64,000 nt of DNA from a virus. Lineage: Duplodnaviria > Caudoviricetes. Position numbers and translations under genes: made by a program. The DNA lies in IMG/VR virus record IMGVR_UViG_3300027749_000034; one strand, written 5' to 3'. Positions within the stretch are counted from its first letter, which is position 1. Every line of letters starts with the position of its first letter. Below, piece by piece: positions 56,144-64,000 of the stretch. Under the pieces are notes generated by a model. It saw only the letters and a list, made by a program, of their open reading frames with translations. It did no database searches and was not told where the DNA came from.

Positions 56144-57066
56144 AAGAATTATGGGTAGAGAAATACCGACCAGTATCAATCAAAGACTATGTATGGATCG
56201 ATCGAGATACCAAGCACATGGTAGAGACCTGGGTCAAAGATCAGTATATCCCGCATTTGTTGTTGGCAGGCAATGCTGGCGCAGGCAAGACCACACTGGC
56301 AAAAGTTTTAGTCAATGAGCTAGGTGTAGATCCCAGTGAGTTCATGCACATTAACGCAAGTAGAGACAATGGTGTTGACTTCTTAAGAAACAAGATTGCC
56401 AATTTCTGTAGCACAATGGCCAATGGTCCATTCAAGGTTGTGTTGTTGGATGAAGCTGATTACATTACGCCACCAGCACAGGGCATCTTGCGTGGCATGC
56501 TAGAACAGTATCATGAAGGCGTTAGATTTATTCTAACCTGCAACTATCCCAACAAGATTATTCCAGCCCTGCACAGTCGCTTGCAAACAATTACATTTAG
56601 AACACTGGATGAAACGCAATTTACTCGTAGACTGGCAGAGATTCTAGTGGGTGAGGGTGTTGAACTAGATGCGGAAACTTTGCAAACTTATGTAAAGACC
56701 TGCTATCCAGATTTGCGTAAGGCAATTAATACTGTACAGATGCGTAGTACCAGTGGTCGTCTTGAATCACCCAAACAAGAAGATGCAGAGAGTGATTACA
56801 AAATTGCAATGGTTGATCTGTTCCGACAGGGCAGGATCAAAGAAGCTCGTCAACTGATCATTAAACAAATTAGTTTAGAAGAGTATCAGGACATGTATCG
56901 CTTCATGTACCGCAACTTGGACTTCTGGGGCAACGATGTAGACACACAAGATGAAGCGTTGTTGTTAATTCGCAAAGGCCTGGTCAATCACGGATTAGTT
57001 GCTGATCCAGAGATCAACTTGAGCGCAACATTTGTAGAACTAGAGAGATTGTCGAGACGTGGATAA
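56140..57066 (+). CDS. Clamp loader subunit (RFC-small/T4 gp44-like)
   Basis: LWVEKYRP, GNAGAGKTT, NASRDNG, DEAD, LTCNYPNKIIPALHSR. Confidence 0.93.
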   Translation: MKELWVEKYRPVSIKDYVWIDRDTKHMVETWVKDQYIPHLLLAGNAGAGKTTLAKVLVNELGVDPSEFMHINASRDNGVDFLRNKIANFCSTMANGPFKVVLLDEADYITPPAQGILRGMLEQYHEGVRFILTCNYPNKIIPALHSRLQTITFRTLDETQFTRRLAEILVGEGVELDAETLQTYVKTCYPDLRKAINTVQMRSTSGRLESPKQEDAESDYKIAMVDLFRQGRIKEARQLIIKQISLEEYQDMYRFMYRNLDFWGNDVDTQDEALLLIRKGLVNHGLVADPEINLSATFVELERLSRRG

Positions 57067-57643
57067 GATACTGCTGACAGACTGTGATGGTGTGCTGTTA
57101 GACTGGGAAACCAAGTTTAGAGCATTTGCAAAAAGACTAGGCTATCAATTGAGAGATACTGCGGTCAATGCTTACAGTACCAGTGAGCAGTACAACATTA
57201 GTCCAGCGGCAGGATCTGCATTGATTGCCAAGTTCAATGCTTCCAGTGACTTTGAGGCATTGACTCCATTCAAAGATAGTGTTGAATATATTACACAATT
57301 GAAAAATGAGAATTGGAAGATCGTTGTGATTACAACCGCCGGCGACCATCCTTGGACTTATGGCCTTCGGAAGAGTAATTTAGACCGTGTATTTGGACAA
57401 GATGCCGTTGACGAGCTACACATTTTACCTTTACATGGCGATAAGGGTCTAAAGTTGGTTGACTATGCGGATTCAAACTTGCATTGGATTGAAGACAAAC
57501 CCAGCAATGCTGAGCTTGGATTTAAGTATGGATTACGCCCGTTAATCATGACAAACAATCATAATATGTCTTACATAGGATCAGTAGTCAGGGTAAATAC
57601 TTGGAACGAGGTATACAAAATTATAAATGGCACAACAGTTTAG
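57059..57643 (+). CDS. HAD-family nucleotidase/phosphatase
   Basis: LTDCDGVLLDW; WIEDK. Confidence 0.8.
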   Translation: MDKILLTDCDGVLLDWETKFRAFAKRLGYQLRDTAVNAYSTSEQYNISPAAGSALIAKFNASSDFEALTPFKDSVEYITQLKNENWKIVVITTAGDHPWTYGLRKSNLDRVFGQDAVDELHILPLHGDKGLKLVDYADSNLHWIEDKPSNAELGFKYGLRPLIMTNNHNMSYIGSVVRVNTWNEVYKIINGTTV

Positions 57644-58442
57644 AGACCCATCGCTACTGCAAGAGTTTCCAGCAGAACTTGAACCCTACAAGGGCTTGAT
57701 CTTTTGTCCGCTAGACTTGCCACCACCTCCAGAAATTGATGAGGCACGCCTGTTTGCGTATATTGCCATGCGTGACGAAAGAGATCGGGGCACACTGGCT
57801 GGATCTGTGTCTGGAGCAACCGGTCCTATTCCTTTAGATCACCCTTGGCTAAGATATACAGCAAGTTGGAGTAAAGAAAAAGACACCTACCCATGGCGCC
57901 TGTTGCATTTGATGCGTAGTGACTTTGCCAATGATGGATGGGAATACTACCCAGAGTTCAAAGAATGGTTGCCAGAATTGGCCGCCTACTTTGAAAGTTT
58001 ACCTGTTAGTGAATTTTACACAATGAGCTTGCTGAATCAAAAAGCAGGAACAGATGTTGGCATACACACCGATCCAGATGTATGGTTTGGTTTGCGATTC
58101 TACGCAGTCAATCGTAGCAATGCTAAAATCTTCTTTCAGAAAGCAAAGAATCCATCAGCAAAACGCCTGCTTAACTTGACCAGGAACAAGGACGGATCTG
58201 TCAAGCAGTTGCCATGGTCAGACTTTGTAGAAGATGAAAAAATCTATGCAAAATATCCACAACCTTGCTTTCCATTCCACTTAACAACTACCCATGCCGC
58301 ACACGGTGTTGAAGCAGTTCCAGAAGGATCCATTGATAGTAGGGTAACTGGATTTGTTATTTGCCGAGTTCGTCCAAAAGAATACGCAGAGCTACTGGCC
58401 CGTAGTGTAGAAAAGTACAAAGACTACGCTATCTGGTGGTAA
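57627..58442 (+). CDS. 2OG-Fe(II) oxygenase-like protein
   Basis: VGIHTD...FHLTTTHAAHGV...R; PLDLP motif shared with 15796 and 26863. Confidence 0.55.
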   Translation: MAQQFRDPSLLQEFPAELEPYKGLIFCPLDLPPPPEIDEARLFAYIAMRDERDRGTLAGSVSGATGPIPLDHPWLRYTASWSKEKDTYPWRLLHLMRSDFANDGWEYYPEFKEWLPELAAYFESLPVSEFYTMSLLNQKAGTDVGIHTDPDVWFGLRFYAVNRSNAKIFFQKAKNPSAKRLLNLTRNKDGSVKQLPWSDFVEDEKIYAKYPQPCFPFHLTTTHAAHGVEAVPEGSIDSRVTGFVICRVRPKEYAELLARSVEKYKDYAIWW

Positions 58443-58459
58443 GGGGGATTTCTCCCCCT
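58442..58459. terminator. Hairpin between convergent genes
   Basis: AGGGGGA-TTTC-TCCCCCT. Confidence 0.65.
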
Positions 58460-58463
58460 ATTC

Positions 58464-59225
58464 TTAATCTCCGTATATTCTTAATACTTGAGCAACAGCC
58501 GGATGTCTTTCAACATGGCCAATCTCAAATTTAACGATGGCAAGCCTATTGGATTTGTTACCGTCAAGTATCTTTTCCATAAAGTCTTTTAGACCATTGT
58601 TTTCATAACCACGATCGTGTTGTTCAAGATCTCCGGTTATTACAAACTTACTATTATCTCCGATACGAGTCAACAGCATTTTCATCTGGCTTTGTGTAGC
58701 GTTTTGCATTTCGTCTGCAATGATAACGCTATCTTTAAATGTACGACCACGCATGTAGGCTAGAGGAGCAACTTCTATTGTGCCTTCGTTTATCATACCT
58801 TCTATTTGTTTTGTATTCCAATACTCTCGAAACACATCAAACACAGGACGGGTCCATGGTGCCATTTTGCTCATCAAATCACCTGGTAAGAAGCCGTGTT
58901 GTTCATCAACACTAACCGCTGGTCTGGTAATAACTATGCGCTCTACTGCACCTGCCTTCAACTGCTTAACTGCCCACAATGTAGCAATAAGTGTTTTGCC
59001 AGTGCCCGCAGGCCCTAATGCAAATACCATATCTTTACCGGGGTTTTCTAAGTGTGCTAGATAATCTTCTTGTCGTAAATTTCGAGGTACTATTTCAACT
59101 CGTTTATACTTGGAAGGTTTCAAATCTCTCGGATCTGTATCTCTATAATGATTTAAATCGATGACAGCGTTACCATCAAACGCCGCTTTACGGTCCTGGT
59201 GGACTCGTTTTTGCTGTTTTCTCAT
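58464..59225 (-). CDS. phoH: PhoH family ATPase
   Basis: GPAGTGKT, TRP, GFLPG, YMRGRTF, DEMQN, TRIG, GDLEQ. Confidence 0.95.
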   Translation of the reverse strand: MRKQQKRVHQDRKAAFDGNAVIDLNHYRDTDPRDLKPSKYKRVEIVPRNLRQEDYLAHLENPGKDMVFALGPAGTGKTLIATLWAVKQLKAGAVERIVITRPAVSVDEQHGFLPGDLMSKMAPWTRPVFDVFREYWNTKQIEGMINEGTIEVAPLAYMRGRTFKDSVIIADEMQNATQSQMKMLLTRIGDNSKFVITGDLEQHDRGYENNGLKDFMEKILDGNKSNRLAIVKFEIGHVERHPAVAQVLRIYGD

Positions 59226-59380
59226 CTTGCTCCTTTACAATATATGTTGTATTGTCGGGCTGATTTCATTGATTTTTGTGAAAATTTAGTTTTCAGCCCG
59301 GGTTAGTCAGGCTGATTCATCGCTGAACCAAAGTTATTTAATGATGATCGGCAAGTTGGGTAGGGTAATGGCAATAATAG

Positions 59381-59388
59381 ACTAAATA
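59381..59388 (+). promoter_or_regulatory. Late promoter-like motif ACTAAATA
   Basis: 7 nt before ATG 59396. Confidence 0.4.
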
Positions 59389-59395
59389 TCTATCT

Positions 59396-59950
59396 ATGCA
59401 AACACAAGACGCAATTTATAAAAACCTGGGTAATATCCACAACAGCCCCAATGTCATCGATACACTAGTCGAAGTAGATCGTGTATTGGATCGCATGGAT
59501 GTATATGCCTATGAAAATTGGATCAACGGTGAAATTGTTGACGGGCCTTTTGTAGAACGCCATTGGGTGGAACTAACACTGATGTACCCTGCAAAGATGA
59601 TGCCAAACCCCGATGCCGCCATGCGCCTGATTAAAAATGGTTGCAAAGTATCTTTTGGCAAGAGCAAATTTAAAACTTTTGTCAAAGTTAAAAATCCTGA
59701 AGATGTTATCACAACAGAAGATGGACAACGAATTCCTAGACCAGTGGAAAAAACAGTCTGGTTGGTCACCTTGCGTATTCCAAAGCAATTGCTTGATGTA
59801 AGCGAAGACATCAAAGACATGGATGATGTGGACTATGAGAGTGTAGAAGCCGCATATGATGAAGAGTTAGATGGTGAGCAGGGTCTACAGCAAGATGATG
59901 CAGATAGTTCAGAGGTAGAAGGCCAAGATGATCAAAAAGTACAAGCTTAA
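59396..59950 (+). CDS. Hypothetical phage protein
   Basis: ORF track; acidic tail. Confidence 0.75.
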   Translation: MQTQDAIYKNLGNIHNSPNVIDTLVEVDRVLDRMDVYAYENWINGEIVDGPFVERHWVELTLMYPAKMMPNPDAAMRLIKNGCKVSFGKSKFKTFVKVKNPEDVITTEDGQRIPRPVEKTVWLVTLRIPKQLLDVSEDIKDMDDVDYESVEAAYDEELDGEQGLQQDDADSSEVEGQDDQKVQA

Positions 59951-60410
59951 AGAAAGTCTTCGCTCAGGCGACCTAAGAGACACAATCGACAGTCTCATTG
60001 AGATTGATCGTTACAAGCCCAAAATTGGTGATGATGCAGATACTGTTGTAGTTGCACTCAAGGCCAATACCAAAGACGCCGCTGGAGATTTAGGTGCATA
60101 CTTGGAGTGGAGTTCGCAAAAGATTGAAGATGTAGAAGTCAGTGATGCAAGTGATAAAGATGGCAAGTTTCATGTTTATATTGAAATAAAAAGAATGCCA
60201 GGCATAAACGAAAAGATTATTGAAATTATCAAAGATGTCGAGCATGCAACAGGTAAGCTAGAATGGAAGTTTGTGGGTATGGACGGACTTAGAAAAGATC
60301 TTGATATTGGAAATTTAAACCAAGAAATCGTACAAGATCCAAAGATGTATGCACTACCGCCAGAGAGCCGTGCATATTATTTGCGAATGAAAAATTTAAC
60401 AAATTATTAA
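59928..60410 (+). CDS. Hypothetical phage protein
   Basis: ORF track; overlaps the upstream gene. Confidence 0.7.
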   Translation: MIKKYKLKESLRSGDLRDTIDSLIEIDRYKPKIGDDADTVVVALKANTKDAAGDLGAYLEWSSQKIEDVEVSDASDKDGKFHVYIEIKRMPGINEKIIEIIKDVEHATGKLEWKFVGMDGLRKDLDIGNLNQEIVQDPKMYALPPESRAYYLRMKNLTNY

Positions 60411-60413
60411 TCA

Positions 60414-60635
60414 GTGGCCCGAGAAGATAGTTTTACAGTAGCCGGTGTTGTTACCGAGACTCTACCAAATGCAATGTTTAGAATAACCCTTGATTCTGGG
60501 CAAATGTTAATGGGTCACTTGGCAGGTCGACTGCGTGTGAATAGAATCACCATAATTATTGGTGATAAAGTTGATGTAGAAGTAAGTGTGTACGACACAA
60601 CAAAAGGAAGGATCGTATACAGGCACAAGGGATAA
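60414..60635 (+). CDS. infA: Translation initiation factor IF-1
   Basis: GVVTETLPNAMFRITLD...HLAGRLR...I..GDKVDVEVS.YDTTKGRIVYR; GTG start. Confidence 0.93.
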   Translation: MAREDSFTVAGVVTETLPNAMFRITLDSGQMLMGHLAGRLRVNRITIIIGDKVDVEVSVYDTTKGRIVYRHKG

Positions 60636-60643
60636 ACAATTAT

Positions 60644-61120
60644 ATGTGGATACTAAGTTTTATACCTGATTCGTTTTTACATTTTTCAATATTGGTGATA
60701 TTGTTTGCTGGTGCTGGCCTTTATGCTCTCACCTTTTTCTTTAGGTTTATTCCACCTCCCCTCATTTATCAACTGGCACCTTACAAGGGTGCCATAAGTG
60801 TACTATCAGTTGTGCTCATGGTAGCCGGCGTATATTTCTATGGCGCATATGACACTGAAATGACTTGGCGTAAACGGGTTGAAGAAACAGAAGCCAAAGT
60901 AGCAGAAGCTGAAAAGAAGTCGGTGGATGCCAATGTGCTGTTGGTGGCTGAACGCAAGAAGAAGCAGAAGGTAATCACTGAGTATGCAGTCACCGTCAAA
61001 GAGCGTATTGTAGTGAAGGAAAAAATAATCGATGCAGAGTGCAAATTATCACCGGATGCTGTGCAATTGTTCAATGACGCGGCCACCAATCCAATCAAAG
61101 CCACAGGGGTTAAGAAATGA
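60644..61120 (+). CDS. Putative inner-membrane spanin (Rz-like)
   Basis: N-terminal TM segments then coiled coil, followed by an overlapping lipoprotein gene. Confidence 0.55.
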   Translation: MWILSFIPDSFLHFSILVILFAGAGLYALTFFFRFIPPPLIYQLAPYKGAISVLSVVLMVAGVYFYGAYDTEMTWRKRVEETEAKVAEAEKKSVDANVLLVAERKKKQKVITEYAVTVKERIVVKEKIIDAECKLSPDAVQLFNDAATNPIKATGVKK

Positions 61121-61404
61121 GATTGCCGTCAATATTAGCCATGCTTCTCATTTTGTTATTTTTAATAGTAATCTCCGGTTGTTCAACTACTACACCAGTG
61201 GTTGCAAAGTTTCCAAATGCTCCAGCAGAACTAATGGAAGCATGTCCAGATTTAAAATTAATTGAACCAGGTACAACCAAACTGAGTTCAGCACTGGCAG
61301 TTGTTGCAGACAACTACAGTCTATTCTATCAATGCCAACTCAAAGTCGAAAATTGGATTGAGTGGCACAATACTCAAAAGAAGATCTTCGACAGCATTAA
61401 ATAA
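61117..61404 (+). CDS. Putative outer-membrane spanin lipoprotein (Rz1-like)
   Basis: Lipobox ISG-C; FP..PAELM..CP Pro-rich segment. Confidence 0.65.
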   Translation: MRLPSILAMLLILLFLIVISGCSTTTPVVAKFPNAPAELMEACPDLKLIEPGTTKLSSALAVVADNYSLFYQCQLKVENWIEWHNTQKKIFDSIK

Positions 61405-61408
61405 ACAC

Positions 61409-61437
61409 TTGACAGCGACCCAAAAAGGTGTTAAACT
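61409..61437 (+). promoter_or_regulatory. Sigma70-type promoter
   Basis: TTGACA-17 bp-TAAACT. Confidence 0.65.
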
Positions 61438-61444
61438 GTAAGTG

Positions 61445-62263
61445 ATGAATCCCTATCAAATTTTAGGCCTTAAACCCGGTGCCAGCGATGACGATATTAA
61501 AAAGTCCTATCGCAAACTGGCAATGAAGCACCATCCTGATCGCGGTGGTGACGAAGCTGAATTTAAAAAAATAAAAGAAGCCTACGAAACTTTGATCAAC
61601 AGCGGTGGATCAACACCCTTTGGATTCAATGATCAACACTTTGATCCAGACAGCACAGGTTTTCGTGACTTTGGCAACATGTTCAGCAACATGAGGAGAG
61701 GTCCTGGAGGCTTCAACTTTAATTTTGAACCAGGCGCTGTAAAAAATCCAGATATAACAGTTGGCATGCCATGCACACTGGAAGAGGCCTTTCATGGATT
61801 TACCAAGGTCATCAACTTTCAAGCGCCAAGTGGAGAGTTTAGAGAATTACAAGTGACATTTCCGCCAGGCTGTACAAAAGATGTCAAGATTCGTTTCACT
61901 GGTGAAGGCGGTCGAATATCTGATAGGTTGCCTGCCGGTGACTTGTATGTTAAACTAAACATCAATGATCATGCATTTTGGAGATTGGATAGGGTTGATT
62001 TGATTGGAACTATCAAAATTTCAGTCTGGCAAGCAATGTTTGGCACTACTATCAACTTGACGGAAATTGACGGAACTGCCATTGAAGTTACAGTTCCTGC
62101 TGGTACACAACCTGGATCGCAATTGCGCTTACGAGGCAAGGGATTTAGAGCCAGAGGCACAGATGCAAGAGGCAATGCTTTTATTGAAATAAAGGTTGAG
62201 CTACCTAAGTTAAACGAAGATGATAAACAACGACCCATCGTTGACTTTATTAATAAAACATAG
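61445..62263 (+). CDS. J-domain co-chaperone (class B DnaJ/CbpA-like, no zinc finger)
   Basis: NPYQILG...YRKLAMKHHPD; DnaJ C-terminal domain (GDLYV, PAGTQPG). Confidence 0.9.
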   Translation: MNPYQILGLKPGASDDDIKKSYRKLAMKHHPDRGGDEAEFKKIKEAYETLINSGGSTPFGFNDQHFDPDSTGFRDFGNMFSNMRRGPGGFNFNFEPGAVKNPDITVGMPCTLEEAFHGFTKVINFQAPSGEFRELQVTFPPGCTKDVKIRFTGEGGRISDRLPAGDLYVKLNINDHAFWRLDRVDLIGTIKISVWQAMFGTTINLTEIDGTAIEVTVPAGTQPGSQLRLRGKGFRARGTDARGNAFIEIKVELPKLNEDDKQRPIVDFINKT

Positions 62264-62275
62264 TAAAATAATCAT

Positions 62276-62773
62276 ATGATAGAATTAGTAAATGATGACC
62301 ATCCAATTTTGGCAGTTTTAATGCCAAAAGTCAGTGACGAATTAAATTTAGAATCACTCAGCAAAGACATGTTCTTACTGATGTGGAGCAGTGGCGGTAT
62401 CGGACTAGCGGCTCCACAAGTTGGCATGGCTGTACGAATGTTTGTAATGGGCTCACAGCAGGGCCCAAATTATGTTTGTATCAATCCTGAAATTGTCGAG
62501 CATGGTCCAGATGTTATGAGTCCAGAAGGGTGTTTATCTTTCCCCGGATTGTGGTTAAATATAAAGAGACCAGCGTGGGTGCATGCTAGATACCGTACAC
62601 TCAATGGGGAAACAGTGGAACAACGGTTCGATGGACTGCTGGCAAGATGTTATATACATGAGTTAGACCATTTAAATGGTGTGACATTTGTAAGCAAGGC
62701 CAAGCCACTCAGCTTGCGGCTTGCCAAAGAAAGACAGCGAAAAGAATTGCGTAAACAAAAAAGGGTATTATGA
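62276..62773 (+). CDS. def: Peptide deformylase
   Basis: GIGLAAPQVG, EGCLS, HELDH. Confidence 0.95.
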   Translation: MIELVNDDHPILAVLMPKVSDELNLESLSKDMFLLMWSSGGIGLAAPQVGMAVRMFVMGSQQGPNYVCINPEIVEHGPDVMSPEGCLSFPGLWLNIKRPAWVHARYRTLNGETVEQRFDGLLARCYIHELDHLNGVTFVSKAKPLSLRLAKERQRKELRKQKRVL

Positions 62774-64000
62774 GTCAAGAAGAGAACAACAGTCGCATTA
62801 ACGAAGTCATTGCTCGTGCATTTCAAGAAGCACTGAGTCGTGAGCATGAGTATGTTACATTAGAACATATTCTTCGTGTGATGCTGGATGAAGACGAAGT
62901 TCGAGATATCCTTAGCGAATTGCAAATGGATGTTCCTGCATTGAAAGAAGAAATTGATCTTTGGCTAAGAGACCAAGAAGATATTCGTGTGGATGGAATT
63001 ACCAAGCCACGCAAAACTGCAACCTTAGAGCGTTGTTTTAATCGTGCATACACACAGGCCATCTTCACAGGCCGAGGCCATATGGAGCCAATTGATCTGT
63101 TGATCAGTATTACCAGTGAAAAGAACAGCCATGCCAACTTCTTCCTAGCCAAGAATGGCATCAACAAAGAAGCCCTAATTGGATATGTTGGGCGCCTTAA
63201 AGATGGCAGAAGCAAAGAAAGTAAAGTTGCAAAGAAGCGTGACGGTGAAAAGATTCTAACCAAGTACACCACCAACTTGAACAAGAGTGCCGAGAAGCAA
63301 CTGATTGATCCCTTAATTGGTCGAGAGAAAGAAGTGTTCCGTTTGGCACAGACACTTACTCGTAAAAAGAAAAACAATGCTATCATGGTAGGTGAGCCTG
63401 GTGTAGGTAAAACTGCCATTGTAGAAGGTCTTGCAGTGGCCATAATTCGCAACGAAGTGCCAGAAGTATTAAAGAAAAAAACAATTTACAGTTTAGACCT
63501 TGGCAAGTTGTTGGCAGGTACACGCTACCGAGGTGACTTTGAAGAACGCATGCAACATGTGCTAGAAGCCCTGGAAGAACGAGACGATGCCATTTTGTTC
63601 ATTGATGAAATACACATGATCATGGGTGCAGGTGCAGGTGGCCAAGGTAGCATGGATGTGGCAAACATGCTCAAGCCCAGTTTAGAAAAAGGCAAACTGC
63701 GTTGTATTGGTAGTACGACATATGAAGAGTTCCGTGAGAACTTTGAGAAAGATCGTGCCCTACTGCGCCGCTTTACCAAAGTTGACATTAACGAACCTTC
63801 AGTGGAAGAAACCAAACTGATGTTGCGTCGAGTTGCGCCATTGTATGCCAAATACCATAAACTTGATATCAATGAAGGTGCAATTGATTTGGCAATTGAT
63901 TTGTCAATGAAATACATGCTGGACAAGAAACTGCCTGACAAAGCAATTGATATCATTGATGCCGCCATGGCACGACTGCGTGTTACAAATACGCCAGAAG
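62770..64000 (+). CDS. clpA: ClpA ATP-binding subunit (3'-truncated by window; absent from the ORF track)
   Basis: Manual translation from ATG 62770: HEYVTLEHIL N-domain, DPLIGRE, NNAIMVGEPGVGKTAIVEG, AGTRYRGDFEER, LFIDEIH, LPDKAID. Confidence 0.92.
   Translation, partial: MSQEENNSRINEVIARAFQEALSREHEYVTLEHILRVMLDEDEVRDILSELQMDVPALKEEIDLWLRDQEDIRVDGITKPRKTATLERCFNRAYTQAIFTGRGHMEPIDLLISITSEKNSHANFFLAKNGINKEALIGYVGRLKDGRSKESKVAKKRDGEKILTKYTTNLNKSAEKQLIDPLIGREKEVFRLAQTLTRKKKNNAIMVGEPGVGKTAIVEGLAVAIIRNEVPEVLKKKTIYSLDLGKLLAGTRYRGDFEERMQHVLEALEERDDAILFIDEIHMIMGAGAGGQGSMDVANMLKPSLEKGKLRCIGSTTYEEFRENFEKDRALLRRFTKVDINEPSVEETKLMLRRVAPLYAKYHKLDINEGAIDLAIDLSMKYMLDKKLPDKAIDIIDAAMARLRVTNTPE

Noticed and set aside
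62823-63968. Minus-strand ORFs 62823-63452 and 63525-63968
   Set aside because: Antisense shadows of the clearly recognisable ClpA on the + strand. ClpA is missing from the ORF track only because its stop lies outside the window.
1-64000. tRNA, rRNA or tmRNA genes
   Set aside because: No cloverleaf with T-loop GTTCRA and acceptor stem was recognised in the few intergenic gaps; tRNAscan/Aragorn were not run.
1-64000. Alternative genetic code (stop-codon reassignment)
   Set aside because: Known proteins are full length under code 11, and TAA, TGA and TAG all terminate genes at sensible positions.

Overview
This window is gene-dense (about 115 CDS, mostly + strand, standard genetic code, many ATGA/TAATG overlaps). 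It reads as part of a jumbo or 'huge' phage genome, probably infecting a Proteobacterium, rather than a bacterial chromosome. The evidence is T4-like late-promoter motifs (TATAAATA-like), runs of tiny ORFs behind consensus sigma70 promoters, an RFC/gp44-type clamp loader, PhoH, a spanin-like pair, and scattered host-like genes (ClpX, ClpA, ClpS, Hsp20, GroES, a J-protein, peptide deformylase, IF-1, bS21, ErpA). The most striking content is a very large redox/Fe-S enzyme inventory. It includes eight tandem radical SAM genes with N-terminal twitch-like Cys clusters (2175-12887), two further radical SAMs, about nine 2OG-Fe(II)/cupin-type oxygenases, a Rieske oxygenase, two PP-loop (SGGxDS) enzymes, QueD and a beta-keto-acid cleavage enzyme. 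Many of these sit behind late-type promoters only 4-7 nt from the ATG. No tRNA, rRNA, CRISPR array, intron or intein was recognised. All family assignments come from motif recognition by eye; no database search was run.
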